Made by a program: the position numbers and the translations under genes
Origin: Octopus sinensis
Taxonomy: Eukaryota
Assembly (NCBI RefSeq): GCF_006345805.1
Contig: NC_042999.1
Span: forward strand, 112,654,001 to 112,718,000
Reading direction: 5' to 3'
Length of the DNA stretch: 64,000 nt
The notes under the pieces: generated by a model
The model's database searches: none
Seen by the model: the letters and a program-made list of their open reading frames with translations, nothing else
Told to the model about the DNA's origin: nothing
In this document: positions 1 through 12,291 of the stretch, one piece after another
Layout of the letters: every line of letters begins with the position of its first letter
Numbering within the stretch: the first letter of the stretch is position 1

Positions 1-37
1 GCTCAGTAATCCGGTGGTCACTAAGAAAACAAGATGC

Positions 38-140
38 AGATGAGTGGCTTGTGAAGGCTGTACAAGCTATGTACATGGATGCAGTAAGTAAAGTGACAGT
101 CAACAATTAGTTCAACCATGAATTTATGTGTGTGGAGTGA
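38..140 (+). mobile_element. Short RTE RT fragment
   Basis: WLVKAVQAMYMDAVSKV matches [17 protein letters not shown] of the copy at 35.4 kb. Confidence 0.65.
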
Positions 141-2337
141 ATGTGTAAAGTGTTATTGTATAAAATATCAGAGTTACGCACTGTCAGTTTCGCCACTGGG
201 TATATATCCAGTATTTCGTTACATGGAACCTCATAGATATTTTGTGTTGTGTTAGAGATATACATTTGTCTACCTTAGAATTGTGTTGGTTGTTTTCATC
301 TCGTAAAAAGAAGTTTTTACTTTCTAAAGGGACAGGGATTATGTGCAATACGGAATTGTCTCCCATGACATTGGTAATTTTCAATTTTACCATGTAAGGG
401 AGGCAATCGCGAGTTTATATAAAAACATTGCACCTTACATACGCGTATGCGCACATATACACACGGCAACAATACTTGTTGTGTACACGCACAACTTTAT
501 GAGCATAGCTCATGGTCACATTGTGTCTTATAATGCTGTTTAAGTATACTGTATATATGCACAAATTATATCTACATAATAAATATATCCTAGCACACAA
601 ACATACACATGGATGCGCGCGTTACGATTATGTACATACATGCACGGACAAACACGCATGAAAATTGATGAATCTACAATGCAAGTTTATATTTTTACAA
701 AACTCAGTGCTTTCCTTCCTTTGTGATCCCATATTGTATTCATTTTAGCAAAACAAGCAGTCTATGGAAAAACCTAAATTGTAAGTCATTTACTAGATTA
801 CTGGATGTTCTTTGTCATTTGGGTGATTTAAGAAATAATACAAAAGTATGCATGATTGCTTTAAAAAGTGGCAATACGAAAGAAAAATAATTCATAACAT
901 ACATAATTTTTCTTTTAGAACAGTTGATACCAAAGCCTTCAACTTTTTCTATCCCAAAGAGTTTGTAAACTCACTATTTACAAGATTTTATTTGTAACTT
1001 TGTGCTTCAGAATCTGCTGTTCCAAAAGAGAAGTATTTCACATTCTCTCAAAAGTTTTAAATTCTTATGATGCAAACAAGTATGTGTGTGTGTTATACAG
1101 AATAATTGAAAATAATAGTATAAAAAGAAAACACACCTGTGAGTGTTGTAATGTATATATGGCAAAAATACAGATGTAACAAAAGGTTAACTTCGGCAAC
1201 ATTGAAAATCTCATCTATTCCAAATTGAACATCAACAACTGTCAGCCGAAATGTGAAGAGATAACCTTTCATGTTATATCTATATTTCAGAAATATATTG
1301 ATCACAACACTTGCATGTATGTTTTGTTTTTGCACATACATGTGTACGTGTGTGTGTAACAAAAATGAGCTAAGAGAAATAGTTTGGAGTGGCGAAAGGT
1401 ATGTATATGACAAAGACAATCAAATAGATCTGTTGAATTATCATACAACATAAATTCTTGGTTTATTAAAATTATCTCCATCTCTAGAGGATGTGTCACA
1501 ATTATAAATGGCAATTGAAAACAGCTCTATACAAGTAAAGGAGATAATCTCAAAAACCAAAGCTTTTCCAAACTTGACATGCCAATAAGGGAAGAATGGA
1601 CAGGCTTATTGTCTGGAGAAAAAATGCATGCATCCATACATCCATACATACAAGTGTAAGCACAGCCATGTAATTAAAATATTTACTCTGGATCTTCAGT
1701 CTTAGGTTCAGTCCTACAGTGCAGCCCCTTATGTAAGTGTCATTACTATAGACATACAGAGATATTCCTCCAACAGTACTACTTAGCAAAGGAGATTCTC
1801 ACACCACACCTTAGCCCACTTCCATGACACAAACAATGTAGAAGCAAAAATCCTCAAAGCCTTTACAAATGCTAGGCTTTACAATAGCTGATAATCTCTC
1901 ATAGCATCTTCACATTATTTCCTTTGTTTCGGGTCTTGGACTGTGACTTTCTTACAGTGCCACCAGGTCTGGTCAATGATATCACCCACAGTAATTATTT
2001 TATTGATCTCTATTTGTGGAACCACTATGTCAGGAACATAAAGGAACACAAATATAATCAACACTGGATCCTAGACCATAAAAATAAACACACAATATAT
2101 ATAGGCTGTTGCACTCACAATCGTTAGATCATGGGTTTGATTCCCTGACTGGGCAGTACATTTCACATTGTTCTAGTCCCCCTTTCAATCAGTAGGAAAT
2201 GTTAGCTTGCTCGCCTAGCCAGCAGAGTGGCATCATTTGAAGGCTAAAACAATGCAAAACACATAGTGACCAATGATGTGTAACATCTGACAGCCTGGTC
2301 AGTCACATGATCACGTAATATAATACACACACACACA

Positions 2338-2368
<31 letters not shown>

Positions 2369-4394
2369 CACAAGGCTTCTGCAGTTTTTGTCTACCAAAT
2401 TCCATTCACAAGTGTAAACTCAACCAGAGGCTGTAGCAGAAAACACTTGAAACATGTACTGTGGAATATGATTGAACCTAGTACTTCCTGGTTACAAAAT
2501 GAACTTCTGAGTTATGCAGCCACTGAAAATATAAGTCACAGAAAACCAAAGATCAAGCTTCTGCTTCAACGGCCACAAAAATACTTCAGCTTTGATCAGT
2601 TGCTAGCTATTTACAAACCTTAAATGTGACCTGTTTAGAGTACTTTTCAGATATCTATATTTGTACAGCTATGAATTGTGAAGACTATGTGCATAAATAA
2701 AACAAAAAAATACATCTAGCTAATCCACTTGCATTTGCTAACATGCTAAACCCACCAGCACACAAATGCATTTCACTTTCTATCTTTAATACTGCTACTG
2801 TTTATCTTAAATAGCTCCTGTTTATCTGTGTATGAAGGAGTGTAAACTGAGAATTATATCAACCTGTCCCTCTCTTTTTCATTGAGAAGTGTTTACACAT
2901 TTAACATGTTAAACATGTCCATTTCCAGTGAACCTGTAATGTAAGTGTTGAATGATAGATTAGGGACAGATAATTCAGTCATGAAGACAGATTTTGTAAT
3001 GTTTTCAAAAGAGTCATTAATAAGCATCAAATGAAATAGAAGACAAAATAAAAAAGGCTGATAGACTCTGACCCACTAATAGGATTCAATTGCTTGCAAC
3101 AGGCAACCATGTTACCAAATGGACTCAGAATGTCTGTTATTGAATTTCTTCAAATTACAACCTATAATTTGCTTCTGCTATATTAACCATATTATTTTAT
3201 TTCCATAAGATAACACTCTGTAACACAATTTTTACTTTTATTTTTGTCTTTAGTCAGTAAAGTGTTATTTCCTATTTGCTTCAATCTAAAAATCAAAGAA
3301 AATGATTATTATTCCCTTCAAACTTTGCTTTTGTAATCTAGACATCAATGTTTTGAAACTGACCTATTTTCCATTACATTTTAGACAGACTCAGTGCTGA
3401 GTTACTGAAGCAGAAAATTGTTATGGCAAATATTCTGCTCAATACCACCAATTTGCTTGTCAGTTGCTTCATCTTAACCACTTGAGCATGTCCCTTAGTG
3501 GCTGACAATATGTGTACTCTGATCATGAGCAGGAATAGTTGGGGAGCATCATAGCCATGTGCTGAAAGGGATTCTTTAAGGTTTGAATAAATATTGTAAC
3601 AAAAGCAATGTCTGAAGGAAATATTAACCATTTTCATACTTTCTGGGGGTAAGCAAATAGGAAATAACAGTTGCTATTCAAGGACTAAAATTGTGTTACA
3701 CAGTGCAATAGGTCAATCATTTTAATTATAATAATGAAATTATTGTATACAGTGCTCAGGTGCACCATAGCGAGCAGTAAGTAAACTGGGAAGCAAGCAA
3801 TTAGCGGCGGTGGCGTTCAGAGCGAGCAAAGAGCTAGCCGGCTGCCGCTGCAGTGGCAGCTACCGCTGGCGGTCGGCAGTGCGATCGAAAGCCGTCATCT
3901 CGGCGACAGCGATATCGACCGCGAGTGTATGTGTCTGTGTGTTACAGAAAGGCTATTCTATTATTGTTCAAATTAGTGTGGTGTAATCTGTTAAAATCTT
4001 AATAGTTAGTTCAGAAACGTTCATGGTTGAGCAACTTCACTTTTGTTAATTTGCTGTTTTCTAAAAAAGATTTATTTTTAATTTTGAATAAAAGAAGAAA
4101 TATATGTTGAACCCTAAATCATTTTATGCTTTGCTTTTTTTATGTATTGGTTATGTTTAGATTATTTATTTCAAATTGTGATAGCAATAATGAATTCATT
4201 TTACTAGATACATTGCTAATTTTGGTTACAAGAGTATAGATTGCTACTGATACTTAGTTTCTCAACCTCAGAGGAACGACATGGAAGTTGACCTCAGTGA
4301 GAACAGTGATAGACCAAATTATATATATAGTAACCAATTGGTAATTTTACAGTTTTGGGCATTTCCATCATGTTTCATGGCAATAACACTGAGA

Positions 4395-4395
<1 letters not shown>

Positions 4396-4440
<45 letters not shown>

Positions 4441-4457
4441 CGATGATGATGATGATG
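4396..4457. repeat. (GAT)n microsatellite, representative of dozens of simple repeats
   Basis: About 20 GAT units. Long (TA)n, (CA)n and (ATT)n tracts also occur at e.g. 10675-10740, 18890-18980, 28195-28260, 31900-31980 and 35546-35720. Confidence 0.95.
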
Positions 4458-6257
4458 TGAAAGAGAAAAAAAGCTGGAATAGTATATTTAGAAATCTGCA
4501 TATGTTATATAACAGCTGATTCTGACACAAATCTTTTGGTAAATATTAATAAAATGACTGTTCAAAAAGCTAGGGATTATATTCCCAAAACTTTAATGGT
4601 TTACACTGAAAATAATGTCTTGACTTACACAGATTTACTGAATAAGGAAGAATCAACATATTTCTAGAGAACTGTTTGGCAATTTTGAATAGATGGTCGT
4701 TTTTAAGGCATTCCTGGACATTGTAGAGTTTAGTCTAATTACTCAACTAGTAAAACACAATCACCACTGATAGAGGAATATTACCAAAAAAAGATTAAAG
4801 TGAAAGATGAAGAGGGTGAGAGTGTGCATCATTCAGATGGATGGGACTGGCTTAAAGACAACATGTGTCTTTTCTATGATCAGACACAGTAGTTGAAGCT
4901 AAAGAAACAACAAGCTGCAAACACAAAAATAATATATCTAGTTAGATCTAATTGTAAACTCCTGTTTAGATGGCATCATCTTAAAAGGAGGTGTATACAG
5001 ATAATAAACAAATCTTAATAGCTTTACACATTAGGGACCTAATTAAATAATTAGAGTCTAACAAGGCAAAATATAATAAGCACTGCACTTTGGCTAGTGT
5101 TCTGTAATGGCAAATGCAACAGTAACAGCAAATATAAGTTGTTTCATACAAATATGTGCAAGCACTTAGAAGTCATATTGTTTTTGCAGAGGGAAAGGGA
5201 TATTTCTTCCTTTCTTTTTTTTTTATTATTTTATCAGTCTTTCATTTCATTGAATGCAAGCATTGAATAGTCTTTTATAGTATATTCATATTTATGGTAA
5301 ATTGAATAGATCAAACTTAATCTAATAATAATAATAATAATAATAATAATGATTATGATGATTTCTTACATTGGCACAAGGCTACGAATTTGTAGGAGAT
5401 GGGTAGAATAGAATTCATCAACCCCAGTATATGACTGGTACTTATTTTATTGGCCCATCCCTAGAGCAAGAGGAAAGTTATGAAACCCAGGCAGGATGTG
5501 AATATAGAAAAACCAAAACTAAACACTGTAACTAGACTTACTTTGACAGTAAAAAAAAAATGGGAAATTGTAGTGTTTATGTTTTCCTTGTTCATTAGTG
5601 AAGTGTAATGGTGAAAACAAGGAAGTGCAACAGTCACAGACTCGTTTACTAACAAATTACAGCCACACAACAATGCCTGTCACAAAATAATTATAGTATT
5701 ATTGTTACTATTACTACTATAAATATTGTTACTATTACCATTAGCTTCATTACTTGCTAGTAATGATGGCGGTAATAATAGTAAAAACAATCATTTCTAG
5801 CAATGACATAAGGCCAAATATTCGGGGATCATTAAAGTCAACTGAACTGACCACACAGCAAGCAGATCGACCAAATGGCATATAATGAAACATAATAGTG
5901 TTATTGTTTATCCCCAGGTCAGTCCTGATAAAGCAGACTTAGGATCAAAGGTGTTCCAACCATGACCATCCACGTCTTGTATTCAATTGTAATGTTTCTA
6001 TGATTACATTAAACAATGCGCCTCCCACTTTTAAGACAACAGGGTGTGATTTGAGGGAGATCTGGTTGGTGTTTCTAGCAGGTCAAGTAACCACCCAAAG
6101 ACTCCTTTGTTGGATTGTAAAACGCTAAAGTGATTCCAACAACTAGTATCAATAAAAACAAGAAAACAAAGAACAAAAATAAGGAATCTTTGCCATCAGA
6201 ATGAATAGATATGTTCCTATAGAATATAGATAAACGTAAAATACTATATGTAAATAT

Positions 6258-7121
6258 TTACTGTCGCAATGGAGAGAAATTTAATGAAATGGGCACATTT
6301 TGATTGACGTTGTTAGTGGTATTAAGACATGGCTGGTAGCACTGTATTTCTCTTTCAATGTTCCCAACAGGTGGAAGGGGTGACATGGAGCGAATGGTAT
6401 TGTTGCCTTGAGAATAGTACAACTTGTAGTTATTGACGGATGATGAAGGAAGCTCACTTGTTAATGCTTCTGATGTAGCACGACGGTGAGCAGATGTCAC
6501 AAAACTGGCTTCTTGCGAAGCAAGGCTGGTGACATGAGGGAAAGTTTGCATTTGGTCATGAATATCTGTATACTGTGGGTGTTGCTGCTGTTGCCGTTGC
6601 TGTTGTCGATGTTGCCGCTGCTGTTGTTGGTGATGATGCTGGTGAATCATACTAGATTGATGCTGGCTTCCTCCACTCTGTTCATGATGAGGGGTTGTTG
6701 AAGGAGAGCCGTGGTTGTCAGACAGAGAAATAACTGGACTGTTGTTGTTACTAGCATTGTTATGATTACTCATGTGTGATGAAATGTCCTCACTGGAAGG
6801 AGTGAAACCACTGTAAGAGGACTCATTGTATGGTGAATGGCCTGAACTGCCACTGGTTTCCAAATCAATAACTATAGGTTGTCTACTACTATCTTTAACT
6901 TGTTTTAATATTCTGCCTGAACCCTTACATTCAGACATGACTTTGTAGAGAATTCCATCAGAGCTGCCTTTTCGTTGGTCGCTGTTTCCGACCTGATGAA
7001 TGGGCACCATAATGGGTGATCTGTATAGGCCGCTAACTGGTTTTGTTTTACGCTTGTGAGACTTATTAGCAGTTTCTGATGTATCATTGATGGGGAGTAG
7101 AGGTTTGATATGAACATGCAT
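6258..7121 (-). CDS. Zinc-finger gene, terminal coding exon (end of finger 4 plus Ser/Asn/Gln/His-rich tail)
   Basis: Acceptor ctttttcag|ATG in phase 0 supplies the second His of finger 4 (SHTLK|MH). The 287-codon non-repetitive frame has a Q/H tract and ends in TAA at 6260-6258. Total CDS is 544+185+864=1593 nt, or 530 aa. Confidence 0.9.
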   Translation of the reverse strand: MHVHIKPLLPINDTSETANKSHKRKTKPVSGLYRSPIMVPIHQVGNSDQRKGSSDGILYKVMSECKGSGRILKQVKDSSRQPIVIDLETSGSSGHSPYNESSYSGFTPSSEDISSHMSNHNNASNNNSPVISLSDNHGSPSTTPHHEQSGGSQHQSSMIHQHHHQQQQRQHRQQQRQQQQHPQYTDIHDQMQTFPHVTSLASQEASFVTSAHRRATSEALTSELPSSSVNNYKLYYSQGNNTIRSMSPLPPVGNIEREIQCYQPCLNTTNNVNQNVPISLNFSPLRQ

Positions 7122-9139
7122 CTGAAAAAGAAATCCATAAGTAAATTAATGGTTGACATATCACATCACAATTTTTAACTAAACGCACTGCATCTCATCA
7201 AAACAATTGGGAAACTTTTATAATAGTGGCTGATGTGCATGAATATAGTTCTTGTACCAACAGCATGGTACCATATATTCTAGTGCAGTGGAGATAACAG
7301 CATTACATTCAACTAAATTTATTCAATGTCATTATCCTAAATAACTAGTATAGTGCACCATACATTGCACATCTTCAGATATCTATCTGATGTTAGAATT
7401 TCTTACATAAACAGCATAGTAGAATAGGTGACAAAATAGATGCCAGTTTTATATAGTACAGCAGAATAAGTGATAGCAGCTCCTGATTAGATGCCATATA
7501 AATATTACTCAATGACTTTACTTAGAGTATTATGAGTAAATATAAATTTATAAAGACGGTGCTAAATCTAAAAACTAGAATCACACACACACACACTCAA
7601 AGCTGCATACGTGTATGCATATACAAGCACAAAATTCATACCTGTACACAACTATACTGTTTTGAAATCAATAACTCTTTATAGCTCGCATGCGAGAAGT
7701 CTTTATAACATTATTGGAGATTAGAGTTCAATCAGATTTGTAAAACAATATAGTATCAAAGTCACAAACCAATCACAACCAGTGCTGTTCTTGAGGACCT
7801 CACACCAGTGACAAACACAATTGGTAAAACCTAATGACATCACATTCTATACAGTGACTGATAACTTTGCATTAGCAATCATTTTCACAGTTACCTCAAT
7901 ACTTAAGCATAAACAAAATCAATCTCCTGCAAATGCTTGTCAAAATTATTAAGGCAAACAGGTGTATGAATCATTTAATTCTACATGCTTAGATATCTTT
8001 CTTCACTTATAATTCCTATAAACATGACACTAAATTTTAAAGTTTTTCTTATAAACATCTTTTTGAAAATAACAATAAAATTGCACACAGATATCAGATG
8101 CACCATCTAGTAGCAAAAATTATAATGTAAGAGGCTGCAACCTAGTCACAGAAATCATTTGAACAACATTTCTGTGGTTGAAATCAAATGCTGATCAACG
8201 TCATCTTTGCAGGTAATATCATCTATCTAAGAGTCAAAATTTTACTTGGTGTGAAACACTGTAGATATATCACTAAACCATGTGGGGGAAAACCACATCC
8301 ATATCTATAACAATAATTGAAATTCATAACACAAAAAAAAAAACAGGTTGAACGCTGAGCTGATAACAAAGCTAACAAAAAGCAAAATCAATTAGGCAAT
8401 AATGTTTCTACAAAATTGTGTGTGTGTGTGTGAGTGTGTTTGTGTGAGTGTGTGTGTGTGAGTGTGTTTGTGTGTGTGTGAGTGTGTTTGTGTGAGTGTG
8501 TGTGTGTGGCTCAAATCCCAATAAAATAATTAAAACATAAAATTTCCTAAAGATTTGAGGCTGTATAAATTAATTGAAGACTTAGATTTGGTTTAATTAC
8601 ATGTAAATATAAAAATATATTTTAAGGATTATAAATAATAATCATGTTTCCAAGTGAAACAATGGATTAGGGTTTAACAATAACTTTACTCAAGAGTCTT
8701 ATGGCTGTAGAGTTTTATAAGAATTTGGGTAAAAACATTCTTGGAAATATACAAATGGAATAGGAAAGAAAGACTCATAGAATTGGCCGAACTTATTAAA
8801 CTTACCATAGGCAACATATTTTTAAAAAGTTCAAATATTTTACGATGTGGACATAAAAGAGCCCCGATGGGTACACTAAAAACAAAATAGAATACATGGT
8901 AAGTAGTAAAATACATAAAGTATATGATAGCAATGTAGTATATACTAACTTTGGAATAGTTAGAAACCAATGTATCAAAAAAGACAATAAGGTAATATCA
9001 CCCTCACTTGTATGTTTGAAAATAAGCTGAGACTAATGAAATGGCTTCAAATGAAATACATAAATAAATAATATATACATATATATATGTATATATAGTA
9101 GATAATCCAGGTGTTTACCTTGGGAAGAACATCTATAGA

Positions 9140-9790
9140 CAAAGGCCACATGAAAATTGTGAAAGGGAATATCATTTATGAAACTGCTGTTTCAAATAAA
9201 CAGAAAATCTGCAAATTCCATTTTCATCAAAGAATATTAATAAGGAAAAATTGAAGATTGAAATTTGGGATATTATTTATATTTCATAGCTGACAATAAT
9301 ATCAATAACTCCATGGTGACTAATTTGTATTATGCTTCTAAAAATGTCCATTATTAATGATCTCGTCATATTTGTCATGTAATGTACCTACATAGCCATC
9401 CATGGAATTGTCTTGTCATATCTCTTTATGAAAACAATACAATAAGAACAATACTGCTTTGATGAAAGTTCTGATGAGACAATTCCATGGATGGCTGTGT
9501 AGTTACATTACATAACGCATAAGACTAAATCATTAATAACAGATATGTTTATAAACATAAGACAAAATTTATCACTATGGAATTGCTGAAACGATTGTCA
9601 ACCAAAAAATAAAAATATCACAAATTCCAATCTTCAATTTTAATTACATATATATGGATAGATATAAAACACTTTCATGCTCATGTTTTCATATACAGAT
9701 AATATCGGATATAATGAATCAAGTAAAATCAGTAATAGAAAAAGGGTAGTTTATCAATTTAGAAGCCATTTCATAAAATATTGTCCTACA
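9140..9790. repeat. Old fold-back (degenerate inverted repeat) in intron 2
   Basis: CATAGCCATCCATGGAATTGTCT (about 9391-9413) mirrors AGACAATTCCATGGATGGCTGTG (about 9477-9499). Patchy symmetry continues outward for about 250-300 bp per side. Confidence 0.7.
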
Positions 9791-10277
9791 AAGCAGAAAT
9801 AATAGAAATAAACTTAAAACTATAACAGGTTGTTATAATGAAAAAAAAAACAGAACAGAAGAATATTTTGTAAATGTATATAACACTGACTAGCATATAT
9901 ATATATATACATATATATATATGAACAAAATAGCAAAAGTAAATAGAAAGACAAAAGAAAAATTAAATTAAAATTAAAAGATAAGCAAAGAAAACAAACA
10001 AAGGAACTGGTTTAGTGTATGGTTTTAAGCCATAATAACAGTAAAAAGAAAAGCTGGATAATGATGGAAAGTAAAATAGATTTCATTAACTTAATCATTT
10101 AACTGTATAACTACAATCAAATGTTTGGTTCTCAGTTATTGTAATGTAGTAAATTAATATAACTTCATATTCAGGAGTGGCTGTGTGGTAAGTAGCTTGC
10201 TTACCAACCACATGGTTCCGGGTTCAGTCCCACTGTGTGGCCCCTTAGGTAAGTGTCTTCTGCTATAGCTTCGGACA

Positions 10278-10427
10278 ATAAGCGTAAGCCAGTGTCAACG
10301 GTGGTTCCGGAAATTCTGAACCAGAAACTACAGCCTAGAAGACAAGCCTTGTCCTGAAAGATCTGTAGAGCTCAACAAGGATGTCCTGCAAGCCCTGGTG
10401 GAACAAAATCCCATCATAACTGTATGA
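10278..10427 (+). pseudogene. Isolated mariner transposase HTH fragment
   Basis: Translates ISVSQCQRWFRKF*TRNYSLEDKPCPERSVELNKDVLQALVEQNPIITV. No TIRs are nearby; it is fused to a truncated SINE head. Confidence 0.7.
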
Positions 10428-10668
10428 TATAGAATGAATAAAAAGATAACTAAAGGCACAGATGTGGTTGTGTAGTAAGAAGCTTCCTTCCCAACCACAT
10501 GGTTCTGGGTTCAATCCCATAGTGTGGCACCTTGGGCAAGTGTTTTCTATAGCTTCAGACCGACCAAATCCTTGTGAGTAGATTTGGTAAACGGAAACTG
10601 AAAGAAGCCCATCATGTGTGTGTGTATTTTTATATATATATACATATATGTATATGTATGTATGTATG

Positions 10669-10746
<78 letters not shown>

Positions 10747-10844
10747 TGAGGGAGACAAATTAATATTAATTTTAATATCAATTTAAAACCAGTAGTCTAG
10801 CATACAAAAAATCTGAGGAATCAGAGAAAATTCTAATATATGTG

Positions 10845-10945
10845 TATATTGGCAGGGCAAGACTGCTAGGTAGTCGGCCGCATGCTAGAAATAGATCATC
10901 AACGATCATACTACAAAGAAAGTTCTCTATTGCCCTGCCAATATA
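10845..10945. mobile_element. 101-bp mini-MITE inside a SINE
   Basis: A perfect 16-bp inverted repeat, TATATTGGCAGGGCAA / TTGCCCTGCCAATATA. Confidence 0.6.
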
Positions 10946-11492
10946 TATATATAATGTGTATGTGTGTTTGTCCCCACCACCGTCACTTGACAACCGATGT
11001 TGGTATGTTTACATCCCCTTAATTTAGTAGTTCGGCAAGAGACCAATAGAATAAGTACTAGGCTTACAAAGAATAAGTCCTGGGGTCAATTTCTTTGACT
11101 AAAAAACCCTTTAAGGCAGTACTCCAGCCAAATGACTGAAATAAGTAAAAGAATTAAAGAATAAAGTAATGTAAATTACAGAACCTTTTGCTTGTTATCA
11201 ATTTCAGCAAAATAAGAGTTCATTATGTGAAACTACAAGAGTATTGTACAGAGTAAAGGATGAATCACAGAAACTGTAGTGTCACAATTAAGTGTCCAGC
11301 TTTCTATAACCATACACTAGAGAATGTTGAGAAAGTTTTAAATCAAGCAATAAAAAACTACACCAAAAATACAGAAATAAAGGAGAGGGAAGGAATACAA
11401 ATTAAATAAATAGATATGTATGTATGTATACATATGTGTATATATACATATATATGTATATATAATATCTTCAAATCATAACTGTTTATCAC

Positions 11493-11677
11493 CTTTAGTG
11501 TATGGGATTTTAAACTGCTTTCATTGGTATAACTTCTGTTGCAGATGACACAAGCATGTTGTTTGTTTGCAGCTTTTTTCACCTGATCGTCATGGTTACG
11601 TAAGTGATGTTGGAGATTGGACAGCTGTGCAAATGAGCGGTCGCAGTCACCTAAAGTGCACTTGTAAGGTTTTTCTC
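11493..11677 (-). CDS. Zinc-finger gene, coding exon 2 (finger 3 and most of finger 4)
   Basis: Acceptor tttctacag|GA completes Gly in phase 1, then EKPYKCTLGDCDRSFAQLSNLQHHLRNHDDQVKKAANKQHACVICNRSYTNESSLKSHTLK. Phase-0 donor AAG|GTGATA. It restores the canonical HTGEKPY linker with exon 1. Confidence 0.92.
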
Positions 11678-12291
11678 CTGTAGAAATAAACCAATAAAAT
11701 TATTTTCAGTTGAAAATCTAATTTTGAGTTAAAGCAACACCAAAAGAGACGGGAAAATATTAACAGAAACAAAATTTATTTTTAAATGTGAAAACAATGG
11801 TGTTGAAATATTCTTTTAGACTTACACAAAAAGGTTAACAAAAGAGAAACAGCTACAATAAAACAATAGTTTCTATTATTAGACTTGCACTATTTTCAAC
11901 TTTTCCTCCACACCACCCCCACCAAACCCCCACCCCCTTGTAGAAGGTCATAGCTGGCCAAGTTATTAGGATTGGATCTCTGACCTACTAACAAATGTTT
12001 TCTTATTTTTGTAGAACACCATCAGCACTGCAACTTGTAGAAGGAAGGGAAAAGTTGTCTTTTAACAGGAAACCTAGTTCAGATGCTGACAAGAGAAAGG
12101 ACTCTGCTTAGGCAGATAAATATCTTCTATCATAGCCATGTGTTGTCCAAAGTCTTGTGAATTAAATCTGGTAACCAGAAACTGTGTGGAAGTTTGGTGG
12201 AGGAACTGTTTCTGTTCTGGAGTGATAGACTTAATTTATTGTTTGGTTTAATTCTTTAGCCTTCTAATGGGTCATATCCAGCCCAATACTG

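Noticed and set aside
9471-9500. CTGATGAG within the intronic fold-back
   Set aside because: There is no stem II/GAAA/stem III arrangement downstream.
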